From IMG/VR virus record IMGVR_UViG_3300008255_000103, positions 1 through 64,000 of that record: a stretch of 64,000 nt of DNA. The stretch is one strand, 5' to 3'. The position numbers were made by a program, and so were the translations under genes. The notes beneath the pieces were generated by a model, which was not told the DNA's origin, searched no databases, and saw nothing but the letters and a program-made list of their open reading frames with translations. This document shows positions 10,890-20,716 of this stretch, one piece after another. The stretch comes from an uncultured virus (IMG/VR IMGVR_UViG_3300008255_000103) (lineage: Duplodnaviria; Heunggongvirae; Uroviricota; Caudoviricetes). Every line of letters begins with the position of its first letter. The first letter of the stretch is position 1.

Positions 10890-11450
10890 ATGCCAATCAA
10901 TCTAATCTCTAAAATAAAGTCAAAAAATGATGGGTCATTTCCTACTATTGAAGATGTAGATATATATGGCGGTTATCAAGTACGTAGTGATATTGCTGAT
11001 CGTAATAGTATTCCTTCTTTAAATAGAAAAGAAGGAATGATGGTTTTTGTACAAGATGATAGCAAATATTATACTTTAAGTGGAGGCTTAACTGATGGAT
11101 ATTGGACAGAAATATCTTTTGGTGGCGGAAGCTCTATGGCATATGTATTAATAGAAGATGAAGATAGATTAGTTGAATCTGGAGTAAGTGAATTAATCGT
11201 ATCGGCTAATACTGATTCTGTAACAAGGACTATTACATTACCAGCTACGCCTACTGATGGTCAAGAAATAATAATAATACGTCAGGCAGAATATGCTAAT
11301 GGCACGCTTATTATTGATCTAAATGATTCGTTAATAGATTATATAATATCAAGTTGGGGATTTAATTCTTTTACTGATTCAGAATTACATTTGATATATT
11401 ATGGAGATGTATGGTTACATATCTATAGCAGAACTGAGTCTTATGGCTAA
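10890..11450 (+). CDS. Paralogue 1 of tandem modular adhesin-like family
   Basis: Conserved MPINLISK...GGYQVRS...LNRKEGM...KYYTL domain, Gly linker, variable C-terminus. Confidence 0.7.
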   Translation: MPINLISKIKSKNDGSFPTIEDVDIYGGYQVRSDIADRNSIPSLNRKEGMMVFVQDDSKYYTLSGGLTDGYWTEISFGGGSSMAYVLIEDEDRLVESGVSELIVSANTDSVTRTITLPATPTDGQEIIIIRQAEYANGTLIIDLNDSLIDYIISSWGFNSFTDSELHLIYYGDVWLHIYSRTESYG

Positions 11451-11465
11451 TATGTGGAGATTTAA

Positions 11466-12083
11466 ATGCCTATAAATATAATTTCATTATTGAAACCTAA
11501 AAATGATGGCGAATTTCCCATTGCTGAGGATGTTGATGGATATGGTGGATATCAGGTAAGATCAGATATTACAGATAGAAATCTTATACCAGAGTTAAAC
11601 AGAATAGAGGGTATGTTAGTATATGTTCAATCAGATGCTAAATACTATACTTTATCTGGAGGAATAACTAATTCTGATTGGATAGAAGTAACTTTAGGGG
11701 GCGGTTCTACAACCACAAGAGAGATTGTTGTTTTAACTGAACCAACTACATATAATGTTCCCTCTGGAGTAAATCAATTTATTATTAATACATATGTACC
11801 AACTCTGGATGATCCTAGTGGAGTAGTAACTACAGTTGCACTACCTAGTGATCCAACAGATTTGCAAGAAATTATAGTTAAAACTACAAATGCTTCTGGA
11901 AAAAATTATTGGGTTATTGATGTTAATGGTGGAATCAATAATATTGACAATGGTAATGCTGATTTTGGAAGCCCATCTAATTCTTATCCATGGATTATAT
12001 ATAGTAATTATTGTTTAAAAATAAGGTGGACGGGATCAATATGGAGTGTTATCACATTTACATCTCTCACTATTCCAAAGTAA
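11466..12083 (+). CDS. Paralogue 2 of tandem modular adhesin-like family
   Basis: Same N-terminal domain as 10890 and 12097. Confidence 0.7.
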   Translation: MPINIISLLKPKNDGEFPIAEDVDGYGGYQVRSDITDRNLIPELNRIEGMLVYVQSDAKYYTLSGGITNSDWIEVTLGGGSTTTREIVVLTEPTTYNVPSGVNQFIINTYVPTLDDPSGVVTTVALPSDPTDLQEIIVKTTNASGKNYWVIDVNGGINNIDNGNADFGSPSNSYPWIIYSNYCLKIRWTGSIWSVITFTSLTIPK

Positions 12084-12096
12084 AATAGGACATTAA

Positions 12097-12678
12097 ATGC
12101 CAATCAATATAATATCTAAAATAAAGCCCAAAAATGATGGTTTGTTTCCTACATTTGAAGATCGAGATATATTTGGTGGTTATCAAGTACGTAGTAATTC
12201 TACTGATCGCAATAATATACCAGCTTTAAATAGAAAAGAAGGCATGTTAGTTTACACACAAGATGATGATAAATATTATACTTTAAATGGTGGGCTAACT
12301 GATGGATATTGGACAGAAGTAGTATTTGGTGGCGGTGGTGGATCAGATTTTACATTAGTTCATACAGGTATAAGTTATCAAATAGTTGATACAACAAATC
12401 AGTTTATATCTGTAGAATCATTTTTAGGATTTGCTTTAACAATAACATTACCTTTAAATCCTGCTAATGGTCAAGAAGTCATTGTAAAAGATACTGATGG
12501 TGTTTGTAGTTCATTTTCTGAAATATCAATTGAAATATATGGTAATGGACATGATATAATTATTCCTTTTGAATATCGTTATTTGTGGAATGCATATGAA
12601 TGCATTCATATTAAATATAATAGTACATTAGATTTGTGGGGATTAGTAAGTGATTGGTATCCTATTATACAATCATAA
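12097..12678 (+). CDS. Paralogue 3 of tandem modular adhesin-like family
   Basis: Same N-terminal domain; stop overlaps the convergent GT stop (TCATAA). Confidence 0.7.
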   Translation: MPINIISKIKPKNDGLFPTFEDRDIFGGYQVRSNSTDRNNIPALNRKEGMLVYTQDDDKYYTLNGGLTDGYWTEVVFGGGGGSDFTLVHTGISYQIVDTTNQFISVESFLGFALTITLPLNPANGQEVIVKDTDGVCSSFSEISIEIYGNGHDIIIPFEYRYLWNAYECIHIKYNSTLDLWGLVSDWYPIIQS

Positions 12679-13749
12679 TTCACAAAATTGTAGATTGTCT
12701 AATATTCTACTTTTTTCATTATCTGGCAACATACCACTCTTTAATAATGCATTATTTAAAGTAGCTGCTTCTTGTTTTTTACCAATCCAATAAGCAGCAA
12801 CAGCTAATTCATCTATAATCTTCCAATCATAACAAGCCGTTTCTAAAAACAAAGCGTCCTTAGGTTTAGCTATATTACATCCAATCTTAGCATAAAAATA
12901 TGACTTATGAAGTCTATCAAATCTTCTACAATATGAACACAAATAAGACAACGCCTCAACTCTATTTGGTTGATAATTAAAAGCTTCTAGATAAGCGGAT
13001 TCAATTCTTAATGCATCATGAGTATATAATGATTCATGTAGCTTGGCTGCCTCTAATAATGATACATATATCTCTTCTATCCAGCCACCCATTTTACTGC
13101 GCTGTAGATACAATTTTAAAGATTCTTCCTTCTTTCCGGCGTCCCTGTAGCTCTGCGCCGCGTAGAAGACATAGCGGGAGTTATTTGGCTCGACAATCAA
13201 TGCTTTATCGAACGTCATGGCATCCTTAAGATACTTTTGAGGATCATTAGATCGAGACCCGTTAGCTCCAAATATAATCTTACATCCAACCAATGGTTTT
13301 GATACAATATTTATTGGCAATTCTAAATATTCATGTAGAACACCAACATATTTAGATTTTAATTTACTACTAAATAATTGAGTTCTACTATATACAATTG
13401 GACCGTGATTAAACTCGATAGTATAAGCTGATTTTGTGAGGTTTTTAAATACATTGATATTATTTACAGCCAAATAGTCATCAGCATCCATAACTAATAT
13501 ATAATCTGCTTTTGGCTTTGCTAATTGTAATGCTTTATTTCTATTGGTAGAGAAGTCTTCCCATTCATGTTTATGAAGTTCACCGGGGATGTCTTTTAAA
13601 CATTTTTGGATTACTTCTTCTGTGTTGTCTGTAGAGCCTGTGTCGCATATAATCCAATAGTCAATAAAAGGCTTAACAGAATTGAGGCACCTTTCAATAC
13701 AGTGTGCCTCATTCTTAACAATCATAGATAAACATACCGTCATGTACAC
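12673..13749 (-). CDS. Family 2 glycosyltransferase with C-terminal TPR-like helices
   Basis: CLSMIVKNEA, DTGSTD, DFSTNRN, MDADD (DxD), GVLHE, then helical TPR-like region. Confidence 0.9.
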   Translation of the reverse strand: MYMTVCLSMIVKNEAHCIERCLNSVKPFIDYWIICDTGSTDNTEEVIQKCLKDIPGELHKHEWEDFSTNRNKALQLAKPKADYILVMDADDYLAVNNINVFKNLTKSAYTIEFNHGPIVYSRTQLFSSKLKSKYVGVLHEYLELPINIVSKPLVGCKIIFGANGSRSNDPQKYLKDAMTFDKALIVEPNNSRYVFYAAQSYRDAGKKEESLKLYLQRSKMGGWIEEIYVSLLEAAKLHESLYTHDALRIESAYLEAFNYQPNRVEALSYLCSYCRRFDRLHKSYFYAKIGCNIAKPKDALFLETACYDWKIIDELAVAAYWIGKKQEAATLNNALLKSGMLPDNEKSRILDNLQFCEL

Positions 13750-13763
13750 TTATATATCAGACG

Positions 13764-14066
13764 TTATTCTTCCCACACACCAATAATAGTAATTCCTTCT
13801 ACTGGATCTCCGCTAGGCGGTATTGGGCTTGGAGATCCAGTAGACGTCCATATTTCATAACTTAAAGTTACTGTATTCCAAGCTCTCATACGATAATGAT
13901 ATTGTGTTCCAATTGGTACAGCATAGAATTTCCAATTACCTTTTGCTCCAACATATTTAGTTCCGCTTGCAAATGGATCAGTAGGTATTGCCAATCCACC
14001 TCTAACTAAAGAGTAGTTTTCGCTATAAAAAGGTAACGAAAAATAATATCCATCTTCAGAAACCAT
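13764..14066 (-). CDS. Small probable virion protein
   Basis: Likely start MVSEDGYY (TAATG overlap); YRMRAWNT resembles YYMRAYNT at the N-terminus of 15027..17474. Confidence 0.6.
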   Translation of the reverse strand: MVSEDGYYFSLPFYSENYSLVRGGLAIPTDPFASGTKYVGAKGNWKFYAVPIGTQYHYRMRAWNTVTLSYEIWTSTGSPSPIPPSGDPVEGITIIGVWEE

Positions 14067-15022
14067 TATGCAGTCTCCGGTGCAGTTCCATTCCAAGGAA
14101 ATATTATATGTCCAAATTGAACAAATTGATATGATAAATCAGCAGGAAATGCAGTACCAACAGCTACTGCTGTACTTCCCCACCATAAATCATATATAGA
14201 ACCTTTTCTTCCTCTATGAGTTCCCACTGTATTAAGAAGACCCATTGGCATAATTGGCCATTCTCCAGTATCATCATCTTGAGAAATTAAATATTCTCCA
14301 ACCATTGATGTTAAAGCACCTTCACAAGTAACATACATTCCTATTAAATCTCCAGAGACCTCTCCATATATAGTTGCTGTATCATTCCACCAAGCATATT
14401 GTGTCGCATTTGCATCGCCGGCGCGTGCGCCCCAAATACCAGTGGTAAAACCAGTAGTTGGACTACTCGGCATATCAAATAACCAAAATAATTGGCATAC
14501 ATTTGCTACTGTTGTTAATATGCGAGTACATTCACCATCACTAGAGTGCATCACATGAAGTTTACCGGTATATACTGACGAATGAACAAAAGCTGCTGAA
14601 TATACTTGGTGTTGGTCTCCTGCTGTTGGGGGTGATGCAGCAACACCATCTGTACCTGTACCACCAGAACCTATGGCTCCAAACTCACCATTTGGAGATA
14701 CTATAATACGAACATAATTTGTTTGTGTATTATTGTACATATAAAAACAAACTTGCATACTGGTAACTAAATTTTCTAATACAATCCATCGATTACCAGT
14801 ACCTATTGCTGTAGTATCTGTCCAACGGTCAACACCATCATTATTTCCAACAAAATTTCCAGTAGCACTACTACCCCATACTACCCATGGATTAAGTACG
14901 AAATTTTTCATACTATTTTTAATGGCAAGTATTATATTTCGTCCGGTATCGGTAGCTGCTGATCCACTAAATAATTGATTAACATCATATTGCCAAGTTT
15001 TTACTTTTGGAGGTAAAGCCAT
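14066..15022 (-). CDS. Probable virion structural protein
   Basis: G/T/W-rich beta-type composition inside the fibre cluster. Confidence 0.55.
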   Translation of the reverse strand: MALPPKVKTWQYDVNQLFSGSAATDTGRNIILAIKNSMKNFVLNPWVVWGSSATGNFVGNNDGVDRWTDTTAIGTGNRWIVLENLVTSMQVCFYMYNNTQTNYVRIIVSPNGEFGAIGSGGTGTDGVAASPPTAGDQHQVYSAAFVHSSVYTGKLHVMHSSDGECTRILTTVANVCQLFWLFDMPSSPTTGFTTGIWGARAGDANATQYAWWNDTATIYGEVSGDLIGMYVTCEGALTSMVGEYLISQDDDTGEWPIMPMGLLNTVGTHRGRKGSIYDLWWGSTAVAVGTAFPADLSYQFVQFGHIIFPWNGTAPETA

Positions 15023-15026
15023 TTTA

Positions 15027-17474
15027 TTATCCTTCTATTATTATTTGTGCTGACTTACATGTTACAATATTCCCACCACCAGAATTTGCAATCCATAAAC
15101 GAACTTCAAAAACTCCAACCACAGTTCCGGCAAAAGCAGCAGTAATATCTGTTTCAATCATACTTGGTATTAATTGACTGGATGCACCAGTATTATCAAT
15201 TTGTGACCCAGATACTTGAGCAGTTCCACTAATATCATATAAATCTGCTGTTGCTGCATAAGTTGCAGTAGCATTTGTTGATTCTAATATACAACGAAAT
15301 TTTACCGTTCTAGTTGTTGGCCATTGCGATGTATCAACATAACAAGCGCCAATTGCAGTAGCAATTCCTGTAGAATCTGTAGCCAATCCCTTCAATAAAT
15401 CCATTTCAATTGGGAAATTGCTACCGCTTGCAACATTTGGAATCCAAGCGGGGACTCCAGATGCTAAAGCTAATACATAGCCATCATCTGATGCTGGTAA
15501 TGCTGCTAAAATATTAGTATTGGAAGCATATAATATATCTCCAACATTATAAGATGTTAATCCCGTTCCACCTTGAGCTGTGTGCCAATAACCATCTAAA
15601 TAATTATCACTAAGGGCATTTAACATAGCTGCTGTAACATAGCCATCAACATGTGAGCCATCAATAGCGAAATTATTTGCGGAAGTAACAGAACCGCCAG
15701 GTAAATCTATATATGCACCATTCTCAGCCTTTAAGTAAGGCTCGGCACCCATTAGATTAACATATAGTTTCTGAAGACCATCAAAATAAATATGTTCAGC
15801 TTGGTTATTATTATCAAATACTATATTATCATAACCATCAGTTCCAATCAGATGAATATCATTACTATTAGCTGCATTTCTAGCACTTAATGCAGTTAAA
15901 TTATTTGGGACTCTTAATACACCAGATTGTGCGGGTGCAAGTCCAATATCAAAATAAGCGCCATTAATATCTACATTAAAATTTCCATATGATACTAATC
16001 CATATTGAAATACTATCGCTCCGCTTTGATTACTTGGAATTCCAGCACCAGATGATAGATATAAATTTCCACCATAACCAGAAGATAATGAACTTCCAGC
16101 AATTATTGATAATACGCCACCATAGCCAACACTAGCATTACCAGCATATATTGATAACGCTCCACCGTTACCAATATTTACAGAATCTCCTGCGGCTATA
16201 TTAAAAGAACCACCATCAGCCCCAATACCATTAGCATCTTGTGCATTAATTGTTAATAGTTGCCCTGAACCAGATGTTTGTAATACTTGTGAAATAACGG
16301 GGGTTACAGTATCTTTATCAAAAGTTAGATTAGATGTATAAAATAATGTGCTAGTATCAAGTATGTGTATCTTAGGGTTAATGCCATTTTTAATTTGAAC
16401 ATAACCATCAGCAGTAGTTCCGCTTCCAGATCCAAGAATTAATGCTCCGCCAGTAGATCCACCAAAAGATGAAGTTTGCGCCAGTATTGTTAATGTTTGA
16501 CCATTTCCAGTAGCCTGTGTTGTTTGGAAAATACTTGGATTATTTACATCTTCATGAAATCTAACAAAACTTAGTCCAACTTCTAATTGTGGAATATCAT
16601 TTACTTCGAAGGAATGAATATATCCATCTCCGACATTGTGAGTAATACCTTCATTGGATAAATCACCAATAAGAATAAGATCTCCAAGAGTTTCTATTAG
16701 ATTAAGGTTTCCAGAATCAAGATCATTTCTTACATGAATTCCTTCTGTATTTTGTAATCTAATAAATCCAGTAGTTGACGCGCCTGTTAATCCATGAGAT
16801 ATACTATCTTCAACTAACAAATCATTAGCAATATACACCGAAGTAGTATTAGATCCTAATTGAACTCTATCAAATATATCTACTTGAAGAATATCTACAT
16901 CTCCAGTATTTGTAGCATTTCTACCTCTAACAACAGCATCTTCTGTAGCAACATTTGGAATACGAATAATGCCAGATTGCGCAGGATATGTTCCTAATGC
17001 CAAATACCCATCAATAGATAATGTTCCAGTAAAAATAGGTAAAGAAGCGCCAATAGTATAACCATCTCCACCAGTATTATATGCAAATTTCCAACCAGAA
17101 AGAGTTTCATCCCAAAACATACAAGAATGATCTCTAGGGATAAGACCTGTAGTATATCCTCTAACAGCGGCTAAACCTGTAATTTGTGGCGGAACATCTT
17201 GCGTTGTCGCATATGGCGAAGTTGGTGGATGTATCCAGTCATAACTATTTAAATGGAAAAAATAACCATCACTAGAATTAAGTGGTTTTAAAAAATTATC
17301 TATTTTAGATTGAACTATTCTATTAACTATTATATTTTCAAGATTAATAGAACTATAGCCGTCAGGACAATATATTGCATTTGAATCTGGTTGATCGTTA
17401 ACAATCCAATCAACGTAACCAACAGCACCTGGCGCTGCTGTATTATAAGCTCTCATGTAATATTGTATTGGCAT
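15027..17474 (-). CDS. Long tail fibre/spike-like protein
   Basis: GGxLxIxAG glycine-rich repeats, GGTG-x-Y-x-GDILYAS module; 10 DGY. Confidence 0.7.
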   Translation of the reverse strand: MPIQYYMRAYNTAAPGAVGYVDWIVNDQPDSNAIYCPDGYSSINLENIIVNRIVQSKIDNFLKPLNSSDGYFFHLNSYDWIHPPTSPYATTQDVPPQITGLAAVRGYTTGLIPRDHSCMFWDETLSGWKFAYNTGGDGYTIGASLPIFTGTLSIDGYLALGTYPAQSGIIRIPNVATEDAVVRGRNATNTGDVDILQVDIFDRVQLGSNTTSVYIANDLLVEDSISHGLTGASTTGFIRLQNTEGIHVRNDLDSGNLNLIETLGDLILIGDLSNEGITHNVGDGYIHSFEVNDIPQLEVGLSFVRFHEDVNNPSIFQTTQATGNGQTLTILAQTSSFGGSTGGALILGSGSGTTADGYVQIKNGINPKIHILDTSTLFYTSNLTFDKDTVTPVISQVLQTSGSGQLLTINAQDANGIGADGGSFNIAAGDSVNIGNGGALSIYAGNASVGYGGVLSIIAGSSLSSGYGGNLYLSSGAGIPSNQSGAIVFQYGLVSYGNFNVDINGAYFDIGLAPAQSGVLRVPNNLTALSARNAANSNDIHLIGTDGYDNIVFDNNNQAEHIYFDGLQKLYVNLMGAEPYLKAENGAYIDLPGGSVTSANNFAIDGSHVDGYVTAAMLNALSDNYLDGYWHTAQGGTGLTSYNVGDILYASNTNILAALPASDDGYVLALASGVPAWIPNVASGSNFPIEMDLLKGLATDSTGIATAIGACYVDTSQWPTTRTVKFRCILESTNATATYAATADLYDISGTAQVSGSQIDNTGASSQLIPSMIETDITAAFAGTVVGVFEVRLWIANSGGGNIVTCKSAQIIIEG

Positions 17475-17531
17475 TATCTCTCCCTATCCAAGATATCTAT
17501 TTATTACTAAATACAGATATAACATCAATAT

Positions 17532-18224
17532 TTAGATAGCGATTACATGAATTGTTACAACTGCTGTTCTAACTTCAGCATTATCGTATGTTACAGTTAC
17601 AGTTAAATCATATGATCCACCATTTAAACTAACAAAACCATCACCTTCCCAAGTATCACCAGTTTGTGTATATAATTGAGAATCTCCACCATCTAAATTA
17701 CCAGAAAATAACACAACATGTTCACCACTTTCAATAGTTCCATAAGCATAAAAAGGAGCGGTTGGATTATACGATGGAGATTCGTCTGTGGGATCAGTTA
17801 TTGTAATTCCCATCAAATATGTAAACCCAGTATTCTCTACTTGGTAAATTGTACTAAATGTTGAAAGCCTAAATGTATCTGTGCTCGTTTGATTCGCCAC
17901 AAATACAACATCATATCCATCAGTCGATATGCTAATTGTCATTTCCGTCAATATACCAGAAGCGTTATAAATAGAACCATACCCGTCCAAACCAAGTCCA
18001 CCAGCAATATAAGCATTTCCAATTTCTCTTACAACTAAAGCGTCCAACCAATAAGAATATCCATCAGAAGCTGTTGATTGATTTTGAATAAAACATAACG
18101 TATTAATTCTTGTATCTGTATTTGCCGGAACAGTAAACCTACAGACTTCAACACCATGTGTCGAGGTCACAACCGTTCCTGTAATTAATCTTCCATTTTG
18201 TATTGCATATCCATCATTAGGCAT
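17532..18224 (-). CDS. Fibre-associated protein: shared N-terminal domain plus Ig-like C-terminus
   Basis: N-terminus homologous to 18237 and 20717; C-terminal GSYDLTVTVTY Ig-like strand; 4 DGY. Confidence 0.6.
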   Translation of the reverse strand: MPNDGYAIQNGRLITGTVVTSTHGVEVCRFTVPANTDTRINTLCFIQNQSTASDGYSYWLDALVVREIGNAYIAGGLGLDGYGSIYNASGILTEMTISISTDGYDVVFVANQTSTDTFRLSTFSTIYQVENTGFTYLMGITITDPTDESPSYNPTAPFYAYGTIESGEHVVLFSGNLDGGDSQLYTQTGDTWEGDGFVSLNGGSYDLTVTVTYDNAEVRTAVVTIHVIAI

Positions 18225-18236
18225 AATATCCTCTTA

Positions 18237-20705
18237 TCAGGGTGGAGTGTCTTTTATAATATCAGCTTCTTCCATATTTGTCATTGTTCCGTTGAAGCCA
18301 ACCCCATCTCCCATCTTCCAATATCCTACAAGGTTTGCTGAACTCGTTAAGTCTGTTGGTATTCCTGCGTTGTATATTGCTTCAACTTCTGATAAGGAAA
18401 GAACTTTATCCCAAATTGATATGTCTTTTAAATTTCCAATCCAATAATTTTGATTATCAGGTCTTCTTCCAATATTAAAATTAGCCGCATTGGATATTGA
18501 TAATGTTAAAGTATCGTGTCCTACGGTTGCTGGAACTAAAACTCCATTCATATAGAATATAACACCAGCTCCTGTTTTGCTTCCATCATAAGTAACAACA
18601 CCATGTCTCCAAACACTATCTCTGTAACTTCCAAATCCTGTTGTTGTATTTGTAAAAATATAATTGTTTCCCGCCCCAGCGTCATTTATTAAGTATACTT
18701 GAATTCTATGTAAAGAATCAATAAATATAAAATACCCAGTGTATGTAGTACTACCTAAATTTTTTGCTATAATATTAGTATTTGTTCCACCTGTACATTT
18801 GAACCAAAAGGACCAAGAACGAGTTTCCGTTCCGTTTAAATCATGAACATCTCCCATGTCAATAAATTCGTCGGAGCCATCAAATACCATAGAGTTTCCA
18901 ATATATGTTCTTGACTCAACGTCAGTGATTTCCATATTGACCTGAGTTCCATGCAGTCCGTTGCCCGAGAAGTCAGGAACTCCATTTGCTGCAAGACTAT
19001 AATTTTCTCCACACCTCCACCAAGCCGCAAGATTAGCTGCGCAAGATGTTGTAGTTAAATCAATCGGAACCTTATTGTTATAAATTTCTGTTACTTCAGT
19101 TGGAGAAAGCTCTTTATCCCATACCGATACGTCAGAAAGAGAACCTTTATACCATAAATCATTATGATTTCTTGCCCCTAACCTAAAATCACTGGCATTT
19201 GCTGCTGTTGCCGATAACGTATCATAATTTGTAGTTGTTGCAACTGGAGCATTATCTATATAAAAAACAACACCTGCTGCTTTTCCTGTAGAATCTTTTG
19301 TTATCATACAATAATGCCAATTATTATCATTGTATGAATTATTAGTTTGTATTTCAAGAGTATTTGTAAAATATGTATTTATTTGAAAAAAAGCTATTTT
19401 ATTAGTATTCGTACAAAGTATTTGATATCCGGGGGCGCCAGCCGCTACACTAATTTTTGATACAAAAATCCCAGTATGTGTGATTGACCATTTAAACCAA
19501 AAACTAATAGAAAAAGCATCGTTATAATCAAAATCTAATATATCTCCCATATTTACATATTCGTTTGTTCCACCAAACACTAAAGCTTGACTTCCAGGAC
19601 TCGCAAACTGAATATCAGAAACTTCCATGTTAGTTGCTGTTCCATCATATCCATTTGTTGATTCATCAGGAATTACAGGAAACTGATAATCTGAACTATG
19701 ATCTAAAATAGTTGGATATGTATCTCCATCTCCACATCTCCAATAAGCTACCATATTAGAGGCTGATGAAAGGTTCTTTATGTTAGTTGGAATCCCTGAA
19801 TTATAAATAGCTTCAACTTCAGAAAGAGAAAGCTCTTTATTATATATAGATGCTTCATCTATGTTACCAATCATATAATCAAGAGTTCCATTCATAGAAC
19901 CAATGGTGCAAGGCATCGTATCTTGAATAGTTGATGTTAAATTATTAATATTTGTAACAGGAGCTTCATATCCCCCGTCAACATAAAAAGCCGTTCCAGA
20001 AACATTACTACTTCCATCATAAGTAGCAACAATATGATGCCAATTTCCATCATTCAAAATAGAAGATGTGCTTACTGATAACTGACTTGTATTTGCTACG
20101 CTTACAATATCAAATCTAATTGATCCAATAACTCCCCCAAGTCCTTCTTTTTTCAAACCCCATCCTCTATAATTTCCAGCTGGACCTTCCTTACCAATAA
20201 AAAAATTCCAAGGGTTTACATCCGATGTTTTAAACCAACAACTAATACTAAAAGCATCAGTCCTCTCAAAACTTAACACATTTCCCATTGTTACAAATTC
20301 ATTAGTTCCACCAAACAACAAAGAATATCCATCAATAAATTGTTCAACAGAATAAATTTCCATCGAACATGCTACTCTATATATATTCCCATCCGCCGAA
20401 GCTGTTGTGGCATAAATATTATCATTCGTAACAGCTAAAATTACTTCAAAACCTGATGTTGTTCCTTCTTCATTATACTTAGATACATCTCCAACAATCG
20501 TTGCATATCCATCTTGATTATATACATTTGCTGCTAATTTATAAGAACTGCTTATTTGTCCGTTTACTTTTTGAAATAAACATGTTGCTTCTACCCTTGC
20601 AAAAGTTTCCAGTGGAACCGCCCAAGAGCATACATTTACTCCATTAGCTGCCGTTGCAACTGTTCCGGTAGTTTTAATTCCTTGTATTAATTGTCCATCA
20701 GCCAT
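18237..20705 (-). CDS. Protein with three LamG/concanavalin A-like domains (putative receptor/glycan binding)
   Basis: Three repeats of FGGTNE.V.MG...FSIS.WFK...WHH.V.TYDGS...GNIDE.SIYNKELS. Confidence 0.85.
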   Translation of the reverse strand: MADGQLIQGIKTTGTVATAANGVNVCSWAVPLETFARVEATCLFQKVNGQISSSYKLAANVYNQDGYATIVGDVSKYNEEGTTSGFEVILAVTNDNIYATTASADGNIYRVACSMEIYSVEQFIDGYSLLFGGTNEFVTMGNVLSFERTDAFSISCWFKTSDVNPWNFFIGKEGPAGNYRGWGLKKEGLGGVIGSIRFDIVSVANTSQLSVSTSSILNDGNWHHIVATYDGSSNVSGTAFYVDGGYEAPVTNINNLTSTIQDTMPCTIGSMNGTLDYMIGNIDEASIYNKELSLSEVEAIYNSGIPTNIKNLSSASNMVAYWRCGDGDTYPTILDHSSDYQFPVIPDESTNGYDGTATNMEVSDIQFASPGSQALVFGGTNEYVNMGDILDFDYNDAFSISFWFKWSITHTGIFVSKISVAAGAPGYQILCTNTNKIAFFQINTYFTNTLEIQTNNSYNDNNWHYCMITKDSTGKAAGVVFYIDNAPVATTTNYDTLSATAANASDFRLGARNHNDLWYKGSLSDVSVWDKELSPTEVTEIYNNKVPIDLTTTSCAANLAAWWRCGENYSLAANGVPDFSGNGLHGTQVNMEITDVESRTYIGNSMVFDGSDEFIDMGDVHDLNGTETRSWSFWFKCTGGTNTNIIAKNLGSTTYTGYFIFIDSLHRIQVYLINDAGAGNNYIFTNTTTGFGSYRDSVWRHGVVTYDGSKTGAGVIFYMNGVLVPATVGHDTLTLSISNAANFNIGRRPDNQNYWIGNLKDISIWDKVLSLSEVEAIYNAGIPTDLTSSANLVGYWKMGDGVGFNGTMTNMEEADIIKDTPP

Positions 20706-20716
20706 ATTAATCCTTA

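Noticed and set aside
8620..12678. Actively invertible tail-fibre cassette
   Set aside because: No invertase gene or matching inverted repeats at both ends were found by eye
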